Origin: Heptranchias perlo
Lineage: Eukaryota
Length of the DNA: 64,000 bases
Assembly: GCF_035084215.1 (NCBI RefSeq)
Contig: NC_090361.1
Span: 1,488,001-1,552,000 of the forward strand
Reading direction: 5' to 3'
Below the pieces are notes generated by a model. It ran no database searches. It was not told the DNA's origin and saw nothing but the letters and a program-made list of their open reading frames with translations. The position numbers were made by a program, and so were the translations under genes. Positions 58,003-64,000 of this stretch are shown here, piece after piece (position 1 is the first letter of the stretch; each line of letters starts with the position of its first letter).

Positions 58003-58949
58003 GTGCCTTTGTTGATGGATGTGAAATGATTAGTTATAGGTGGAGAGTAATGGGGAATATCCGAGTGGTGGAGATGGGGAATGTTCCGTTCTGTACACAG
58101 TCTGGGACTAATCATGTGCCACGATGCACTGGTGGGGAGGAAGCAATACTGAGTTTGCTCGGTCAGCAGATTAATACCATTCATTAAACAGCTGTGGATT
58201 CGGGAGAGTGCTGTGCTTGTGAGGGAGAAGGCCGTTCCTTACCTTTCCATCACTCCTCCCCCCACCCCTCCAGAGTCCCTCCACCGCTCACCTTATGCAG
58301 AAACTGTCTCCCTGGAAACGATTGCAAGTGACCCTCTTCAGGAAACTGATCCGAGTGTCACAGACTTTTTAATCTAACCTTCTGCTCAAGATTCTTTCCA
58401 GATTAATGATCTTGTGAGGTCCATGATTCCTTGGATTATACGATAAGCATCTGACAGACTAGTGAGGGGACTGATAGTGAAGAACCTCGTCAACCACATC
58501 GTTTGTAAAACTAGTGCTCAGGAAGTGGGGTAAATAAGTTTTGTGGCAGGAGGTGGGCGACTGACAAGCATCTCAGGAACTGGTCTCTCATCCAGTTAGT
58601 TACTTACACTCTGAGGCTGGCTCTGTGATATCGCAATTGGTGCTGCTCTTTAAGATTGATGCCAGTCTATTAGAAACAGCAGCCACTGATCTTTCACGCA
58701 GGAATGACAATATAGAGTCGAGATCAGCTCTGTGCCTGTGCCCGCTGTACTACTTCCCATAACACTGGTAAGGCTCACGCCTTTCATTCAGAGTTCAATT
58801 TCTAACCTTATAACATCAGGTAGGAATCAACTCAAAAAGTGACATCATTCACAAAACTGTAACCGGCCTTAGTACCTCTGAGACACCCCGCGCCCCTCGC
58901 TGTATCGCGCCGAGGCGCCCCTCGCTGTGACGCGCCCCTCGCTGTGACG

Positions 58950-59752
58950 CAGTAAATGTGAAGTTATCCACTTTGGGAGGAAAACAGAAAGGCAGAGTAT
59001 TATTTAAATGGTGATAGATTGGGGAATGTTGATGTACAAAGGGATCTGGGTGTCCTTGTACAGCAGTCACTGAAAACAAACATGCAGGTGCAGCAAGCAG
59101 TTAGGAAGGCAAATGGTATGTTGGCCTTCATTGCAAGAGGATTTGAGTACAGGAGCAAGGATGTCTTACTGCAGTTATACAGGACTTGGTGAGACCACAC
59201 CTGGAGTATTGTGCGCAGTTTTGGTCTCCTTACCTAAGAAAGGATATACTTGCTATCGAGGGAGTGCAGCGAGGTTCACCAGACTGATCCCTGGATGACA
59301 GGACTGTCGTATGAGGAGAGATTGGGTCGACTCGGCCTGTATTCACTCGAGTTTAGAAGAATGAGAGGGATCTTATTGAAACATATAAAATTCTGACAGG
59401 GCTAGAGACAGACTGGATGCTGGGAGGATGTTTCCCCTGGCTGGGGGGTCCAGAACGAGGGGTCACAGTCTCAGGATACGGGGTAGGACATTTAGGACTG
59501 AGATGAGGAGAAATTTCTTCACTCAGAGGGTGGTGAACCTGTGGAATTCTCTACCACAGAAGGCAGTGGAGGCCAAGTCACTGAATATATTTAAGAAGGA
59601 GCTGGATAGATTTCTAGACACAAAAGGCATCAAGGGGTATGGGGAGAGAGCGGGAATATGGTATTGAGATAGAGGATCAGCCATGATCATATTGAATGGC
59701 GGAGCAGGCTCAAAGGGCCGAATGGCCTACTCCTGCTCATTTTTGCTATGTT
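58950..59752 (+). mobile_element. CR1 LINE 3' fragment
   Basis: KCEVIHFG...[13 protein letters not shown]...TRGHSLRIRG...FFTQRVVNLWNSLPQ; CR1 3' UTR. Confidence 0.92.
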
Positions 59753-59756
59753 TCCA

Positions 59757-61915
59757 TGTAACACAGATATACCCCACACCCTCACTGTAACATTGATATA
59801 CCCCACACCCCTCACTGTAACATTGATATACCCCACACCCCTCACTGTAACACTGATATACCCCACACCCCTCACTGTAACACTGATATACCCCACACCC
59901 CTCACTGTAACACTGATATACCCCACACCCCTCACTGTAACACTGATATACCCCACACCCCTCACTGAAACACTGATATACCCCACACCCCTCACTGTAA
60001 CACTGATATACCCCACACCCCTCACTGTAACACTGATATACCCCACACCCCTCACTGTAACACTGATATACCCCTCACTGTAACACTGATATACCCCACA
60101 CCCCTCACTGTAACACTGATATACCCCACACCCCTCACTGTAACACTGATATACCCCACACCCCTCAATGTAACACTGATATACCCCACACCCCTCACTG
60201 TAACACTGACATACCCCACACCCCTCACTGTAACACTGATATATCCCACGCCCCTCACTATAACACTGATATAGCCCATACCCCTGATATACCCCACACC
60301 CCTCACTGTAACACTGATATACCCCACACCCCTCACTGTAACACTGATATACCCCACACCCCTCACTGTAACACTGATATACCCCACACCCCTCACTGTA
60401 ACACATTGATATACCACACACACCCCTCACTGTATCACTGATATAGCCCACACCTCTCACTATAACACTGATATAGCCCATACCCCTGATATACCCCACA
60501 CCCTTCACTGTAACACTGATATACCCCACACCCCTCACTGTAACACTGATATACCCCACACCCCACACTGTAACACATTGATATACCACACACACCCCTC
60601 ACTGTATCACTGATATAGCCCACACCTCTCACTGTAACACTGATATAGCCCAAAGCCCTCACTGTAACACTCTTATATACCCCACACCCCTCACTGTAAC
60701 ACTGATATACCCCACACCCCTCACTGTAACACTCTGATATACACCACACCCCTCACTGTAACACTGATATACCCCACACCCCTCACTGTAACACTGATAT
60801 ACCCCACACCCCTCACTGTAACACTCTGATATACCCCGCGCCCCTCACTGTAACACTCTGATATACCCCGCACCCCTCACTGTAACACACTGGTATACCC
60901 CACACTGTAACACACTGGTATACCCCACACTGTAACACACTGGTATACCCCACACTGTAACACACTGGTATACCCCACACTGTAACACACTGGTATACCC
61001 TGCACCCATCTCCGCTACACACTGATATACCCCACACTCCTCACGGTAATACACTGATATACCCCACACCCCTCACTGTAATACACTGATATACCACACA
61101 CCTCTCACTGTAACACTGATATACTCCACACTGTAACACACTGATATACCCCGCACCCATCTCCGCAACACACTGATATACCCCATACTCCTCACGGTAA
61201 TACACTGATATACCCCACACCCCTCACGGTAATACACTGATATACCCCACACCCCTCACTGTAACACTGATATACCACACACCCCTCACTGTAACACACT
61301 GATATACCCCACACCCCTCACTGTAACATTGATATACCCCACACCCCTCACTGTAACACTGATATACCCCACACCCCTCACTGTAACACTGATATACCCC
61401 ACACCCCTCACTGTAACACTGATATACCCCACACCCCTCACTGTAACACTGATATACCCCACACCCCTCACTGAAACACTGATATACCCCACACCCCTCA
61501 CTGTAACACTGATATACCCCACACCCCTCACTGTAACACTGATATACCCCACACCCCTCACTGTAACACTGATATACCCCACACCCCTCACTGTAACACT
61601 GATATACCCCACACCCCTCACTGAAACACTGATATACCCCACACCCCTCACTGTAACACTGATATACCCCACACCCCTCACTGTAACACTGATATACCCC
61701 ACACCCCTCACTGTAACACTGATATACCCCACACCCCTCACTGAAACACTGATATACCCCACACCCCTCACTGAAACACTGATATACCCCACACCCCTCA
61801 CTGTAACACTGATATACCCCACACCCCTCACTGTAACACTGATATACCCCACACCCCTCACTGTAACACTGATATACCCCACACCCCTCACAGTGACACC
61901 CCGATACACCCCGCA
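59757..61915. repeat. 30-bp minisatellite (CACTGTAACACTGATATACCCCACACCCCT), ~70 units
   Basis: Visible tandem array. Confidence 0.96.
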
Positions 61916-62544
61916 CCCCTCACATCTCAAACTCTGAGGGACACAGTTGTATGTTCCTTCTCTTACCTTCCTTTTACAGTTAATTACAAAAGGAACTCCA
62001 GAGACTTATCGTTTGGGGAACTTACATTGTAGTAAAATTCTCTAAATGTTGAATTGGAGAGGAAGGGATGTTGGGATGTGTTTTGTAGAAGCTGTGACCT
62101 CACCACCAACTGCTAGTTAGGGCAAGAACAGACGACATCACCACTTCCCGCAGCAGGGCAACGGGCTCTCGGGATGGTCTGGAGCACAGTTGTGATGTTT
62201 AGTTGCTAATCTGGCCTGTCTCCAACACCATTGCTGTGGAAGTGCAGATAATTGTTAAATGACTGTAAATAAATACGGTCACAAGAACCCAGAGTATTAA
62301 ACGACTGATCAGCAGAAGCTATTCAGAAGATGTCGATTAGATCTAAGCTTTTTTTAAATGTAGATAAGTTTTAAGGATATGAAGCCATTCTATTTTTACC
62401 CCTTTTTCCTCTTAATGCGGTCTTGCTGACCCATGTAACATCTGCAGCCAAGCATTGCTCTCCAACATCTGGCATTGACCCGTCTCCAGCCAGGCCTTCA
62501 TTACTTGACAGAATGCTGGTGACAGAAAGAAAGACTTGCATTTT

Positions 62545-62680
62545 CAGCAGCTTTCTCATCTCAGGACATCCTTAAGTGCTTTACAGCCAATGAAGTGCTT
62601 TTGAAGTGTAGTCACTGTTGTAATGTAGGAAACGAGGCAGCCAATTTGCGCACAGCAAGATCCCACAAACAGTGAATCCC
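62545..62680 (-). mobile_element. SINE 3' tail fragment
   Basis: TTTTGAAGTGTAGTCACTGTTGTAATGTAGGAAAC...CCAATTTGCGCACAGCAAGATCCCACA is the reverse complement of 3135-3215. Confidence 0.85.
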
Positions 62681-63330
62681 CCTCTGAATTTTCCTGTCTC
62701 CCACAGCATTACAGCTAAGATCAGAAGTTTGGTGGAAGTAGCAGAATCGAAAATGGGTCTCTCTGGTACAAAGCAACTCGTGCTGAGCAGAGTGATGGTG
62801 CAGGGTTATCAGGATGCTTTGAACTGGACAGAGATGAACCTGTCTGTACCCACTCCTTAAATCATGTGTTACAATCATCTGACTTTAGCTCATGATTGAC
62901 AGAAGGCATTTCCTTGGCCCTCATGTTTCACTGTACGGAGCCTCATTTCTGGGTTCTATTGTTTTTAGTGAGTGTGTGTGCTCCTCTCTCTCACAGACTT
63001 CAGACTGTGCCTAACTCTGTCCCCACAGTGTTACTACCTGTGAACAGAAGTGCTGTTTTCAACCAATATGCAATTTTTTAAAAAAAAATTGGAATTTAAA
63101 AAAAATCTTTTGATATGAGTTTTATTTTAGCTAAGGAACATGAGTCACTGATATTCTGTAGTATGCTTTGATTGGTTCTGGTGCACAGTCAGTGTGAAAG
63201 TGGAAGTTCTGTGAAGGCAGCGTGTCTGGCTCCATGTCACAGACTGTGAGTATTTATAAAACCAGTGCAAACCGCAAGCTCAGCATTCACTGCTCTGCTG
63301 AGTTTTCTTAAACTCCAAGGGTTGCGGTAG

Positions 63331-63545
63331 GTATGTGTGAATGTAAACACGTATATGTGTATTTTTGTTCATGTGTGCATATGTACATGTGTGTGTATAT
63401 ATGTTCACTACAATATGTATGTGTGCATGTGTATATTTGTGTGCATGTGTTGTGCACATGTGTATTTGTGTGCAGATGTGTATGTGTGTGTTTGAGTGTA
63501 TGTGCAGATGTGTATGTGTGAGTGTGCACGTATGTATTTGTGCAC
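63331..63545. repeat. Degenerate (TG/TA)n microsatellite
   Basis: Low-complexity dinucleotide tract. Confidence 0.88.
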
Positions 63546-63726
63546 AGAGATACAAAGAAGCCCCATTTACATGGGACTGGCAGGAGCAAGCACCAGCGCA
63601 GTGGGGAATATCACAGTGTTAAAGTATTTATAAAATGGAGGGAAAGTTGAAGCTAAATTCTAAACAATTCTCAGTAACAAACCGAGATGCAAAGTCCCAT
63701 TAAATGCCCTGTAATCGCAGTCATAC

Positions 63727-64000
63727 TAGGAACATAGGAACAGGAGTAGGCCATTCAGCCCCTCGAGCCTGCTCCACCATTTGATAAGATCATGGCTGAT
63801 CTGTGATCTAACTCCATATACCTGCCTTTGGCCCATATCCCTTAATACCTTTGGTTGCCAAAAAGCTATCTATCTCAGATTTAAATTTAGCAATTGAGCT
63901 AGTATCAATTGCCGTTTGCGGAAGAGAGTTCCAAACTTCTACCACCCTTTGTGTGTAGAAATGTTTTCTAATCTCACTCCTGAAAGGTCTGGCTCTAATT
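63727..64000 (-). mobile_element. CR1 LINE 3' end (continues beyond the window)
   Basis: TAGGAACATAGGAACAGGAGTAGGCCATTCAGCCCCTCGAGCCTG...GATCATGGCTGATCTG. Confidence 0.88.

Larger units (their letters stand above)
56797..63706 (+). ncRNA. Candidate highly structured long non-coding RNA: chain of long imperfect hairpin domains interrupted by TEs and minisatellites
   Basis: Nested 6-14 bp helices paired by eye in domains 56797-57020, 58012-58187, 58192-58363, 58450-58674, 61985-62087, 62093-62283, 62414-62542, 62713-62890, 62905-63054, 63132-63310 and 63564-63706. Many G-U pairs on +; no credible ORF. Expression not shown. Confidence 0.5.

Noticed and set aside
56761-58680. Calling the hairpin domains H/ACA snoRNAs or scaRNAs
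   Set aside because: ACA follows three domains, but there is no hairpin-hinge(ANANNA)-hairpin layout and no match to any family I recognise.
58607-58745. Minus-strand open stretch ADLDSILSFLRERS...EPASE ending at GTAAGT
   Set aside because: Poor acceptor, an upstream stop and no recognisable homology; the sequence is better explained by + strand pairing.

Overview
This is vertebrate genomic DNA, very probably from a shark or another cartilaginous fish. That call rests on shark-type tRNA-derived SINEs, CR1/L2/Penelope fragments and dense GC-rich minisatellites, as on microchromosomes. I reconstructed four spliced protein-coding genes by hand, with GT-AG boundaries and consistent phases. ALKBH7 (+) has 4 exons and 258 aa. 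A persephin-like GDNF-family ligand, PSPN (-), has 2 exons and 196 aa. GTF2F1/RAP74 (-) has 13 coding exons and 530 aa. For YJU2B/CCDC130 (-) only the last five coding exons are visible; its 5' exons are probably in the N-gap at 55540-55739. ALKBH7-PSPN-GTF2F1 matches the human 19p13.3 gene order. Almost all long ORFs in the supplied track are artefacts of tandem repeats or decayed LINEs. The most unexpected signal is at about 56.8-63.7 kb. There, nearly all non-repetitive, non-coding sequence can be paired by eye into about 11 back-to-back, G-U-rich imperfect hairpin domains, mostly 100-230 nt long. Transposons and minisatellites fall between the domains rather than inside them, which suggests an undescribed, highly structured + strand long non-coding RNA. 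Other oddities: about 21 tandem copies of a GTF2F1 exon end plus its splice donor; an ORF1-less LINE with a tRNA-derived head inserted at the GTF2F1 promoter; a Penelope-derived 50-bp hairpin with a 13-bp target-site duplication in the GTF2F1 3' UTR; and an ERR-response-element minisatellite upstream of ALKBH7. All RNA structures were paired manually and have not been tested thermodynamically or statistically.
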